In this document: positions 24,803-36,765 of the stretch, one piece after another
Layout of the letters: every line of letters begins with the position of its first letter
Numbering within the stretch: position 1 is the first letter of the stretch
Assembly: GCA_051294905.1 (NCBI GenBank)
Contig: CM119371.1
Location: 17,734,001 to 17,798,000, forward strand
Reading direction: 5' to 3'
Length of the DNA: 64,000 nucleotides
From: Botryllus schlosseri
Lineage: Eukaryota
Translations under genes and position numbers: made by a program
The notes under the pieces: model-generated
Database searches by the model: none
What the model was told of the DNA's origin: nothing
The model's input: the letters and a program-made list of their open reading frames with translations, nothing else

Positions 24803-25689
24803 TTGTAAGCGCGGAGACCCTTGATCTTGGACTGCTCCTCAAAACCCAGCGGTAGCGAGCGACAAATGTCCGTCGAATACGTGTATATCGTCTCGTCCGT
24901 ACTCATCTTCGGATGGAAGAACACGCCGTCCGTGCCGTTGATCATATTCCCGTATTTGGTCGACCAATAGTCGAGAGACTTGTTGTAATTCCACTTCTGT
25001 ATCGAATTCACGTCACGGATGTGCCTCTTCCCGGTATCTACAAGGTAGACGCCATCGTCTGTGTTGTTCATCCCGTAAAATAGTCCGAATTTGTCAGGTA
25101 GTGTCGGAGAAATCTTATGTGCCCACTTGAAAATAGTATCATTGTAACCGAACAATATCTCCTCTGCCGTGTGAGTGATGATAGGTGATTCTTTAGTTAT
25201 GAATTTTATAAGAGATTTAATCCACCCTTTGCTCCACCCGAGGCTTTCCAATAAATCGATAACCAACAGCAACGGAATGTTAACAGTGGTGATGCTGACT
25301 TCAGACGGGTGTTTGACGGACATGGCCGCATTGTACACATAAGTATGATTGTAACGATACGCAACTGTGTCGTTGCTGTAAAACTCTACGTCGTATCGCG
25401 GCTGATGCAGTTGGTAAGCGAACGGTCCGATTTGCGATAAATTCGCCTTTTCCCCTTTCAAGAACTCAACAGGGTTTGTCAAGTTGAACATCCAATACTC
25501 CATGTATATAGGCGGAGGCGGGTCCACCCATTGGTCATACTGCGGAGAATCAATACTTATGGTGAGTTGACCGCTTATTTCCTTGTCCAAAAGCTTCATG
25601 TGATAATTTCCGATTAGCAGCACCGCAGCGGTCACCAGGAGAACCGCAGATATACAAATGCTAGCTATTTGACACTTGTTTAAACCCAT
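24803..25689 (-). CDS. SCARB2: CD36-family scavenger receptor (SCARB2-like), first coding exon
   Basis: ATG at 25687-25689; N-terminal TM; WVDPPPPIYMEYWMFNLTNP, GPFAY, INGTDG, DICRS motifs; donor AA|GTGAG. The three exons (887+280+291 nt) give 485 aa + stop. Confidence 0.93.
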
Positions 25690-26138
25690 CTCGACTGTAG
25701 GACTAATAAAAAGAGACAAATCAGTATAAATGTGAGCGAGTAAATAAACAAATGATTATCAACACCAACCTGCATGAAAACTTTCTTCTATAACACATGA
25801 ATTTAACAAAGCGAGTCTTATGATTGTCTTTTTTATAAAAACATTATCGTCTTCAGTCGCACACTACTCGATTATGCACGAAAATCACCATAAGTACTTA
25901 GAAAAAACTTTCAATCACATGAGAAATAGTGGAAGAAACACATTTTGTCACTGTAGGCATTGTAATAAATACGGTACACTACGTGAATTCCAAGGTATGA
26001 AGGTGAGAAATTCAGGTTGGCATCCAGAAACACACAGCTTCAGATCAACACAGCCTAACAGTTGAACAAGTCTGGCGAGTAGCACAAATACTTGAAATAT
26101 TCGGGATTCCGCAGCATGCAAATATAAACCAATTATAG

Positions 26139-26483
26139 TAGGTATACCATATGTCCCCTTTCAAGAGGATTTGTCCTCTTTTGAAAGAATTCTTGGAGGA
26201 CACCTAAATGTCCTCTTTATGGAGAATTTGTCCTCTTTTTTGATAATTTTGGTTAAGATACGCGAAATCAGCGGCCAAGTAACTGTCTGACAGGTTTTTC
26301 GGGACTTGAGTCAGAAAAATTACCGTTTTTTGATTTGAGCCGGAAAGATGACCTTCATTTTCAGTCAACCGACCACGAAGTCGGGAAAAATTTACTATTT
26401 TCTCAGGATTTTACTCCAGTATTCCAAGTCTGAAAATTTTGAAAAGTGTCCTCTTTCAAGATTCCCAAAATATGGCAACCCTA
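26139..26483. mobile_element. hAT MITE (TAGGGTTGCCATA family; AGGACA/TGTCCT motifs)
   Basis: Right end TATGGCAACCCTA; related pieces at ~5020-5115 and 29426-29716. Confidence 0.6.
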
Positions 26484-26904
26484 GATTGAAGTTACTTGAC
26501 AGTCAACTAACTAGTGTTTTTTCTCTTGACTAGTCCTAGTTCTAGTTACGAATTTTGAAAACTGAGTAGTTTTATTTCTAGTTGCACAGTTGAAGAACAC
26601 GTGCTGTCGTTTGGTGTGAATCGGCTTACCATCCTGGGTCCGCTGTTGTGTAGGCTACTGCTCTTTCACACACTGCTAGCTCAGAATGAGAGTCATCACT
26701 ATAATCACAGTGGCATAGTCAGTCAGGTTTTGGGGGTCAAAACCCCTGCCATTTCAAACTGGAAACCAATTTTTTTCAAAATGCTGATTACAATTCAGTA
26801 ATAAATAGGCCTCTTAGATTTTTCGAAAGTGAATCTAGATAGTAAGTTGCAGAATTTAGTTAAGTGAGTAGTTCTAGTTGTACATGTAGATGTAGGCCTA
26901 CACT

Positions 26905-27530
26905 TAGGGCTGTTAAAAAGAACTTCTCCTTCAGATTTCACTGGCTACATGATAAAATTGTCAGGTTGGTTAAAAAAACGCTGCACACCAACTTTGGCTG
27001 AATTCCAACCAGTAGAAGCGAGATTCTTGCAGTGGAAAGTTTCGAATTTATCATTAAAATATAAAATATTTCAAAACTTTCTGTCGACCCCATAAAATTG
27101 TTAGGCTGTCAGTGGAGATGATGCACACCAAATTTGTCTCCATTTTTAGAAGCGAAGTTATTGCAGTAGAAAAATTTCTTAATTCCATTATTATATAGTG
27201 AATAATTAAGGACTTAGTCACCGTTGATAGGCCTACTATTTTATTGAAATCCAAATTTTTCTACTGCAATAACTTCGCATCTAGTGGTTGGAATTGAGCC
27301 AAATTTGGTGTGCATCTCTACTGACAGCCTAACAATTTTATTGGGTTGACAGAAAAAATTTGATATTTTTGGTTTTAATGATCAATTCAAAACTTTCTAC
27401 TGCAATAATTACGCTTACAGTGGTTGGAATTGAGATAAAGTTGGTGTGCGATTTTTTTTTTACCAACCTAACAATTTTATCATGTAGCCAGTGAAATCTG
27501 AAGAAAACATATGTTTTTTGAACAGCCCAA
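26905..27530. mobile_element. Palindromic MITE family copy
   Basis: TAGGGCTGTTAAAAA...TTTTTGAACAGCCCAA; inverted arms. Confidence 0.8.
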
Positions 27531-27640
27531 CGTAGAGATTGAAAATCCAGTATTTTGCAAAAGTATGACTACAAAACAACCTTACTGTGTTGAAAAACAC
27601 CGTATCAAGTCTGGCTGGAAAGTCAAATGATTGCCGATGT

Positions 27641-28393
27641 TCATTTAGGAAAGCATCTTTCTTCCAAACTATACAAGTCCACAATCTCATCAATCACTTT
27701 CGTTATCTCCTTAGCCGCGATCGACGCATGAAAAACCTTCCACCAAGGCGTCTTACAGGCTTGCGACATCGGCACAGTAGCCTGACACATTTTCAAAGCT
27801 AACGCAATACAGCTAACCGCTACCAGAGGAGGCCTGTGATCAAGGCATACAGTGCCGTGATATGTATCACGGAGTATAGACCAGGCCGTCTGCGCAATGG
27901 TGTATCTACCCCATTCTTTCGAATTGAATAGTTGCGATAACGAATGCAAATAATGAGCCAGATACTTGTGCGGGTGATCGCAGGTGACACGAAATCGCAG
28001 CATACGTAAGAGCAGTAGTTCACAGCATGATATTGTGTCTTTCAGATCGTAGAGTTCTCGACCGATTTCCAGACGCTTGTCAGGATTCAGTGTCCTGTGG
28101 CAGACATTTACAACGTCTCTCAGCCTTGTGTGCTGCTCTTCCACTTTGGTGGCGAGAAAAATTGCAGTTGCCGCTATCGTGTGCGGATGGTAATCTTGAA
28201 TGCTGCATTCCTGGTAGAAACGGTGGTAGAGGACGCAAGCGCTGGCGAGAGTTGTGGAATTCAGCTTCAATTTGGTGCAGCTTACGAATATGAAGCGAGC
28301 CACTTTGAAGTGAACTGTGTCCGCGGAAGCCTCCGAAACATTCGAGTCTTTGTCGCGAGAAGTCGTTGACGTGTTGCCTCCATGAAGTGACAT
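27641..28393 (-). CDS. CCNQ: Cyclin Q (cyclin M / FAM58A), intronless CDS, 250 aa from first ATG
   Basis: VHFKVARFIF...KL...ACVLYHRF...AIFLATKVEEQHTRLRDVVNV...CELLLLRMLRFRV...HPHKYL...AWSILRDTY match the cyclin Q box pattern. First ATG at 28391-28393; the ORF track starts at an upstream GTG. Confidence 0.92.
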   Translation of the reverse strand: MSLHGGNTSTTSRDKDSNVSEASADTVHFKVARFIFVSCTKLKLNSTTLASACVLYHRFYQECSIQDYHPHTIAATAIFLATKVEEQHTRLRDVVNVCHRTLNPDKRLEIGRELYDLKDTISCCELLLLRMLRFRVTCDHPHKYLAHYLHSLSQLFNSKEWGRYTIAQTAWSILRDTYHGTVCLDHRPPLVAVSCIALALKMCQATVPMSQACKTPWWKVFHASIAAKEITKVIDEIVDLYSLEERCFPK

Positions 28394-28567
28394 ACCCTTA
28401 ACCGCAATGGTTCGAATGGTACTTCTTGACACTTGACTGGACTATTGCAATTTGCGGTATATATGTATCCCTCCCTGTATCTCTGAAGCTTCTATACCGC
28501 ATCAACAATATAGTTTCTAGTTAGTCAACATCTTAGCAGCAATCAAGCGAATCAGCGTTATGGTGAA

Positions 28568-28815
28568 AGAGAGAGAGAGAGAGAGAATGAAAGAATTTAT
28601 TCGGTTCAAAATATATGAATACAATATATCAATAATCGTTGGGTTATGATTTTCATTTGAACAAGTTACACACAATGTACAATGCGATAAGACACAATGC
28701 GATGTAACGAACAGATAGGAGGATGTCGAACGACACGCACCAGTAGCGATCCTTTATTCTAACATCCATCTCGGCCTAGTGTGCCCGATGTCACAGTTCT
28801 TTTCGATGTTGATAT
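28568..28815 (-). repeat. Interspersed repeat, likely a retroposon 3' end; inverted partner at 30050-30260
   Basis: Shared blocks TGTGACATCGGGCA, TCGCATTGTGTCTTATCGCATT; simple-repeat tails. Confidence 0.65.
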
Positions 28816-29190
28816 AAAGCGAAATATGATTCAATGTACAGCCAGGCATTAGCGAAGGGATGGGGAAATCATCAAGTCAGCTACAGCCTGAAACTAGGCT
28901 TGTTTCATAGCGAAACTGAGAGCACAAAAATAACACACGCGCACTTCTCAACATAATAGGCACATCATCACAGATCAAGTTGCACCGATCGCAGACTTGG
29001 TGAATAGAAGCAAACCTTTAATATTTTTCTGTCAATCAGTCACTGAAATGACGCATAATAATATTATGTTCGGCTAAGCGAAGAAGAGGTGTATATTCAC
29101 AGAATGTAGCCCTATGTGATATTTAGGCCAACTTGTACAAGTCAATGCAACTCGATCCGAGACAGTCAACCTGCACAAAATTTACAATCT

Positions 29191-29738
29191 GGTTGTTGTT
29201 GTTTCATATTCATGGCCTTTCGACTACTTTGGCCATTTTACACAAGGCCGATACTCTTTACTTTGTTTCCGTATCTACCGACTTGTAGCACGGCCCACTT
29301 CTAGGCTTTTTTAAGACAGTCGCTTATACCCGGATCACGTGCCGGCGAGGAGGAGCCTATGAGTGGACCTCGGTCGGACTCGAACCCGCAACCCATTGGT
29401 GTCGCACTGTGGAGCGTTCCACAACTAGGGTTACCATATTTTGCAATAGGAAAAGAAGGACACTTTTTCAAAATTTTCAAACTTGCAGTGCTGGAGTAAA
29501 ATCCGGAAAATGGTAAATTTACCATGATATTGTGGTTAGTTGAATAAAAAAAGGTCAATTTCCCGCTCGACTCCCGAAATCTAGTTTTCCTTTATATTTT
29601 CCATTGTTTGACGATTACGTTCGAGCCACACACGTCCTCTTTAGTGTCATTTATGCTCATTTTCACTCGAATCTGTCCATCATCTTAGCTCTAAATCGTA
29701 TGGTAGGCTAACCCTAACCACTATGCTATCTCGCCACG
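29191..29738 (-). mobile_element. tRNA-derived SINE (family 1) split by a hAT MITE at 29426-29716
   Basis: A-box head GTGGCGAGATAGCATAGTGGT at 29717-29737; B-box GGGTTCGAGTCC near 29380-29395; body homologous to 63200-63477. Confidence 0.78.
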
Positions 29739-30049
29739 TAGACAATAACCATTCAATATGTCCATTTATCGTATGATGAAGATTATATTATTCGATTACT
29801 TGCATGTGAGTTAGAAATAAAGCGAATGTATTATTCTATATGCTTTGTGAAAATATGCTGAATACATGGCATGAGCGATATAAGCGCCTATCCCCGAGGA
29901 GGCCCGGGTTCGATTCCGCGTCCGAGGTTATTCTGGGCTCCTTTTCCCCGCGTCCTTGTTCTTACGGCGAATAAAAAGCCCAGAAAAGACACAATCAAAG
30001 AGCGCACCCACAAATAATGGAAGGAGCAAGAAAGAGACGCGGAATAGAG

Positions 30050-30260
30050 ACTAACATCGAAAAAGAAACTTCTGTGACATCGGGCATTAGGCCGAGGTGG
30101 GTGCCAGTTTTAAGAGACCGCAACTGCAACTGCAACTGCTCGTTCGGCATCCTCATATCTGTTCATTAAATCGCATTGTGTCTTATCGCATTATGCATTG
30201 TGAGTGTCTTGTTCAGATGAAAATATAATCTGACCATTATTGATTATTATTATTATTAGT
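30050..30260 (+). repeat. Interspersed repeat, inverted partner of 28568-28815
   Basis: Same shared blocks; (ATT)n tail. Confidence 0.65.
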
Positions 30261-31155
30261 GTCTGCCTCAAATGGAAAATAACACTCGCCGTCAATGTAT
30301 GAAACAGCACTGTATGTATATTGTCGAATTCCTCGTTGAACCGTGAACGAAAACAAATAGGCTATACCCATTTACAAGCGGGGCATAAAAAGGAAATGAC
30401 AAGTTGTGGTTATAAGAACAATCCCCCAGCTTGAGGGTCGAATGTTGATAAATGAGTAAACGTTGTTGATGTCTTTCTTGACCTATTTCGAGTTCATATC
30501 ACTTGACGTTTCATTATATTTTTCGTACCATTCCGTCCATTGTCTGGCCGCCACCAAACCCCGGTATTTTGGCCTCCATCCTCCATATGGGCTTTAATAA
30601 CATACCATTGCTTTGTTGTTTCGTAGGCTACACTCAAGGGTTCACGGACCCCTAGGTAGAAATCCATTATATTAATTGAGGACGGTGGTTCGGTGGTGTC
30701 TTTTCCACCCCCTTGAACTACCATGCTTTGCTTCGCACAACACTAAATTTTAAATGAAGAAGATGAGAAAATGTCGCCTGCACAGGCCTATGTTGCTGGC
30801 AGAGAGAAAGAGAGAATTCTTTTATTCGTCAACCATGAAATATAGTATAGGCAATGTCCACAGACATTCACGTCCAATAGTATACTTTTTTTAAAAATAT
30901 TTTCCTAAACTATATTTTACACTCAATAGACTGGGAGACCAGATACGACCGAAGTCTTCTAGGCCGGGAGTCACCCAAGCATATTGTCAGTATTAATAAT
31001 AATAATATGAATCAATTTCTATTCTCTCAGTCGAGTAGCACAGCAAAGAGTAACGAAATAAACAAAAGTAAATATAAGACAGTGTCAACACTAGTGAAGG
31101 ACGGTTATCATTGTTAACAGTGTGATCAGAAAATAACAATTTCACCCATGTGCAG

Positions 31156-31772
31156 TAGGGCTGTTCAAAAATAACTTTTTTCTCCCGATTCAAGCCGGTC
31201 ACCTCTTAAATCGTCAGGTTGCAGTAGAAAACCTTGCTCACCAAATTTCACTCGATTCCAACCAGTAAAGGCCTCCGCAGATCCAATTAAAATTTTTAAT
31301 TTATTATGGAAAATTTAAAAAAAAAAATTCCAAATTTTTCTGCCAACCCCATGAAATTGTTGAGCTGTCTTCAAAGACGTTGCAAAACAAATTTGAGTCA
31401 ATTCCGACCAGTAGAAGCGGAGTTATGTGAGTTTTTCGTTGATAAATCGCGGATTATCCACCAATCAGGGATAATCCGAGAAATATCATCGAAAAACTCA
31501 CATAACTCCGCTTCTACCGGTCGGAATTGACTCCAATTTGTTTTGCAACGTCTTTGAAGACAGCTCAACAATTTCATGGGGTTGGCAGAAAATTTTGGAA
31601 ATTTTTTTTTAAAATTTTCCATAATAAATTAAAAATTTTAATTGGATCTGCGGAGGCCTTTACTGGTTGGAATCGAGTGAAATTTGGTGAGCAGGGTTTT
31701 CTACTGCAACCTGACGATTTAAGAGGTGACCGGCTTGAATCGGGAGAAAAAAGTTATTTTTGAACAGCCCTA
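31156..31772. mobile_element. Young, almost perfectly palindromic 617-bp hAT-type MITE
   Basis: TAGGGCTGTTCAAAAA...TTTTTGAACAGCCCTA; TSD ATGTGCAG (31148-31155, 31773-31780); ~300-bp arms with few mismatches, centre near 31464. Confidence 0.95.
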
Positions 31773-31849
31773 ATGTGCAGTTGTACACAGTGGTAATATT
31801 ATTGTTGCATATAAAATGAAACAAAACAACATCACTGTGGTCATGAGAT

Positions 31850-32440
31850 ATGTTCTTTCTAGTACTTGGATAAGATAAATTTGCAATAGCGAGCTCTAAA
31901 CTTATGATGACGAAGAGTACGGTAAATAGATGGTACGCTGTTCCAAGATTTCACACCTATATGAGATAGGGAAATTCTTGACAGCTTGATGAATTCAATT
32001 TAACAAATAGGGACTGATTCTGTGAGAATAATGGTAAATTGATTTGGGGCATCGCTATAACTAAGAGGTTATAGAGCACAGGTCTCGTAATTTGCCGGCC
32101 TATGTTGATTTCGCATCGGCTACTGTCACCCACAAAACCATAAAAAGGTAAAGCATTGGGTATTGACGCGTTAAAATCTGTCACAGTACATATTAATTCC
32201 ACGGTAAGCCACAGCTGGCTAATGGACCTTTCCAACCATCTCCGACTTGGATCATAGACTTGGTAACACAAGACGACAACTTCGGGGCAAAAATAAAAAG
32301 AACCGTGGGATTGGAATGGGATAAAATGATTTTCAACAGCTACTATACATGAAATAACGGATGACTTGCGCTTTATAGTTAACACAAGTTGCGTTATGAT
32401 ATTTATGTTCAAAATTTATTTGGAGACAAAGGTCCTTTCG
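31850..32440 (-). mobile_element. LINE (CR1/L2-like) ORF2 3' fragment
   Basis: GVKSWNSVP...KF peptide resembling the C-terminal G-x-x-WNxLP motif of CR1/L2 ORF2. Confidence 0.55.
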
Positions 32441-32469
32441 CTCTACCTGGCGACGCTGGTGATCGTGAT

Positions 32470-32835
32470 CATAAGGATAAGGATAAAGATAAGTAAAAGA
32501 ACGTAGTTTATTTTTGTCCTTGGTGTTTTTTGCGGCATATACACCGACTCATGATATACATACACACGATATGCGCACATGCATATCATGACTGCATGAT
32601 GTGCATGTGCCACGGGACAAGGAAGGTGCAGATAGGCTATAGCCTTTTTACGGCTTTCTTAGTCTTGCACCACTCCTCCATACTATCCCAGTAATGCATG
32701 AACGCCAAGCATGGAAGTCATGGATACCATATGCAGTGTTACTAATCGGGTCTTTGGTCTGACCCGTCCGGGGATCGAACCAACGACCTACCGATCAAGA
32801 TGCTGGACGCTTCACCATTACGCTATCTCATGGTC
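32470..32835 (-). mobile_element. tRNA-derived SINE (family 2)
   Basis: A-box TAGCGTAATGG, B-box GGTTCGATCCC, then GGGTCAGACCAAAGAC; (CTTATC)-type simple tail. Confidence 0.75.
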
Positions 32836-35800
32836 ATAAACAACATACTGATCTCCGATATGCGCGATGGACGACTAAAAATTGTGTGGCGACTGGCCAT
32901 TGTTCGACCATTTTAAAAATAATAATTATTTATTTCTAATGCCACGACCTTTGTATCTCAATGCGGACTCTTCGAGCCAGGGCGGAATACAAGAAAACGC
33001 ATTGCTTTATCAAGTAGGCCTATGCCGGACCCCAATTGTGGAACAGCATCTCGCCGGCTATCAGTATCAGTTTAGCTCGTCGGCTATCCGACAGTCGTCA
33101 AGCATGGCTGCATTCTTCAAGTCGAAATACCAGCAATTTCTTCTAAATGAATACTATAGTCAGCCTATACAAGATTACCGGACCACGACCTAACATATCA
33201 ATCTCGCCGTCCGCCACATGCCACCTCATGCCTTCTGCTTTACTTTTCATCATACTTCATAAGTCGGATTATTAAGTTTGTCGTTCGACGCCGTATATTT
33301 TCTAATTGTTGCATGTCGGCACGCCGCCATATAATATCCAGACTTCCGTGGCAGCAGTTCAACTAAACCTGTTCAGACACAGATTAGTCCTAAAACTTAA
33401 TCGACAGTATCCAAATATATTATCCCAGTAGATTTTTTGAGAAATATTTCCGATAAATCTCGTATAGTAGGAGAATATTTACATTTCGAGTCGAAGAAGG
33501 CGGAGCATACGAATTACTGAGCAGCACGAAATATTAGCCAGAGCCACGCTAACGTTGGATGTTATTGGCAATATTTGATACATTCACCTATGTCTACCTT
33601 TTTCCAATGTTTTTCATGTTTTTTAGGCCTTACATTTTATAAACTCTGCTTAACTAATCAAACTCCGTAATTTTGACCCTAATAACGTTAGGGTCTGTAA
33701 ATTATTGCTGTCATACGGATTGTCATTTGGATTTTTCAAGGGTACAGCGAAATAACAACAGCCGATTATTTTTGTTTAGCTCGAACTCATTATAGATGCA
33801 AACTTCATGCATTTAAAATCCCATGAAGTTGGGATTCGTGATGGACAAGTCACGAACAATACTGGCGCCTGAGCGTTGCAGCATAAAACTCGCCAAGGGG
33901 TACCGGAAATGAGTGCAACACGACCTCAATACATTATTGGACAGATTAGGCAGTTTCGCAGCTCTGCAATTATATGAAAAGACGTAAAACAGTGCGATTT
34001 TGGAGTGCTGCTGTTGCACTGTCCACAAAATCATATTGATAACCAACGACAACGACGATTGGTTAAATTGAAGACCCAATATTTTTAAAACGCCCTTCCC
34101 GGTATTATAGTTTTTGTATCTCGATAAGCAACGATTTTCAAATTATTTTCTCGCTCACAACAGTGCGATACACAAGACACAAATCGATATAGGGTACAGA
34201 TTTGCGGGTGTCGAAATGACCAATGCGGTCTATCACCCCCCGCGCCGAATGCCCGATATGACAGTGTTCAAGTTGGGAAAATTCGTAAAGACGCTGTAAG
34301 AACGTCGACGCTGTTGCAGAAAAAGGTCAGATTAAATATATGCGCAACATTCTCCGTATTAATATGCGGTTTCCGGAAATTTGCCACAATACCGGCGACA
34401 CAATTGCTACCAGTCTAATATCTGTTCGTGTGTATTTATTCCTAAGTGACGTCTCTGAACCACTGTATTACACACGGAATAAGTGCTAATACGAATATCT
34501 CGAGATATCATATAATTAGGAATGTCAACATCATATTAAATTCGCGGGTACTATCACAGGCAGATCGCGATAATTGGAATTTAATATCACGATATGACTA
34601 TATACGAAAATCGAAAAATATCGGTGTCATCAACAACGGCTGGGAAAAATGTTTTGAATAATTTGATGGGCCTATTTACAGTGATCACGTGACGAGCAAT
34701 CTGATTGCCTACATTAATTCGATACCAATGAAATTGAGGTTTCAACTGCCTTAAGCACTTTAAATTGAGATTCCAAAATTCAAAATGATCTCAATTCGCA
34801 GAAATTGGATGGGGATTTCAATTTATAAATAACGCCACAACATGTGCACCGTCATAACATAAATATTTTGTCACGTAGTGTTGTGAACTCAGGAAGACAT
34901 ATACGGCATTCGATGAAGTGGTTTGAGCGCTATTTCAAGACAACGCAATTCTATCTTACGATTGTAGCGAAACATGATTGATGTATCGTGAATATGAGAG
35001 TCGCACCAGTACAATGAAGAACTTGCTAAATTTTTAAGTAATATCGAGCCTATCGACTCGAATATGATGTCAAAACGAGCAATTATGGATGAATCGGTCA
35101 ATGGAGTTCTAAATTGTAGGCTATCATCAGGCAAAGAAACAGGTCCTAAACAGCGAATGTGGTGTAGAATCGGTCGTCGTGTTTGGTGCCTCATATTCTA
35201 TCAACGTATAGCATACATATCACCATAATGGATAAATATGAGATTTGGCCAACCCGCAATATGTTAACGTAGGGGTAGGCTAGTGTCGAATCAGGGCACG
35301 TAGTGACTAACCATTAAATTTAACAGGGTTGCGACGAAAGGTATCTGATAACCCCTGAATTAGGTAATTGAATTTTGACATTAATGAATTATCATAAAAA
35401 TGCACACAATTCATTTACGCATCACTGTGCAGCGTGGATTTGACCTGAATTATCGGAGTCACAGGTAAATGGTGTATCCTAGATAGTCTGATGCAGTATA
35501 TATTCTAACGATTTAGGGTATTGCCATAATGGATGGCTGCTGTCATTTCCAGAAATTCTTTGAAACATGACGCAGTAGGGTTTGGTATTTGGGAATGTCT
35601 AGATACTGGTGATCGTTTAGCTGTCACAGTTATGCTCACTATGGCAGATCCGGGGCCTTGGTTATTCAAAATGAATTTGAAAACATTGAAATTGGATATC
35701 GTAGGTGCCGGTAGACCCAACCCAACAACTTTACTTTATCGAGATGAAAATCAACGGCTCCGATCTATTCTAATTACAGTTCACTGGCAATATTCAAAGT

Positions 35801-36569
35801 CGATTACACCAGAGAAATAATTGCCTCTATGCTTCGAGCAGGACTAAGATTTGGGCGACAGAACATTTTCAAAACAGAGCGTGGGCCGCCACAATAACAT
35901 CTTGAGATTACCGCTCTAAATCCCTTCTTAAATCTGATGAGTGCGATGTCATGCCAAATCCTGTGGATAATTTAAGATATAACAATCTATTTTGATTTCT
36001 GTCGTGGAAGGAAAATTAAGTGGATATCGAATGACTTTTAACCTTTTCCGAGACAATCGCGTTCGTCTGAAAGATACGGTTTTAACAACAAGTGTCAGCT
36101 AAACGTTTAATCTTGTCCAATGTGCTTATCTTTGGCTCTTTCGTGACGTTGTAAATGTCGACGTGTGCTGATTCCGGGCACTTGTTTGATTTCAAAGTTG
36201 GGTGATTTACAGCGACTTAAATAGCCACGAATTTCGTATCCCGTATTTATCTATGGCTAATAATAGCAACGAGATGGGAGACTTGTGTGTGAAACAAAAT
36301 TCTCTCAGGAATATGTCTTGCGCAGAAGCAGCGTTAAAATATTCTGCAATGAATTTCGACAATTCGCAATGTTTAAATGGGTAACAATGCGAAGTTCCAC
36401 CATGAAGAGCACATGCTCACAATCCACTGCTCATTTATCCGCGGTTAATCGACTCAACATGGTTGGCAGGAAAATATAGCTAGTTCGTTTATGTCCCAGG
36501 GCTCGTTTGTTTTATTCACAACATTGGCGCTTATCGCCGATAATTTCATTTGCTCCCAGCACGGTAATT

Positions 36570-36765
36570 TCATTACCGGACGACTTCCACGCTCGCACTC
36601 TCCCACCATCGGTTACCATCGTTTTCGTGCGTCTCTATCTCGAGCCATTGCTGCCGACTAACGTTCACTCTAAGCGTCACACATAGAAGTTGATCCGAAC
36701 CGGGATTCGAACCACTGCTATTGGTGCCATGACGCTGGCGCAACTGCGCCACTCGCTTGCCCGAC
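36570..36765 (-). mobile_element. tRNA-derived SINE-like insertion (family 3)
   Basis: TGGCGCAGTTG A-box-like and GGTTCGAATCCC B-box; no convincing full cloverleaf. Confidence 0.55.

Noticed and set aside
31306..31622. Mirror-image 74-aa ORFs on both strands
   Set aside because: Artefact of the palindromic MITE.
36685..36765. Possible tRNA gene (also 29866-29935, 32760-32835, 63200-63270)
   Set aside because: A/B boxes are present but acceptor and anticodon stems do not pair convincingly, and the sequences continue into repeat bodies; treated as SINE heads.
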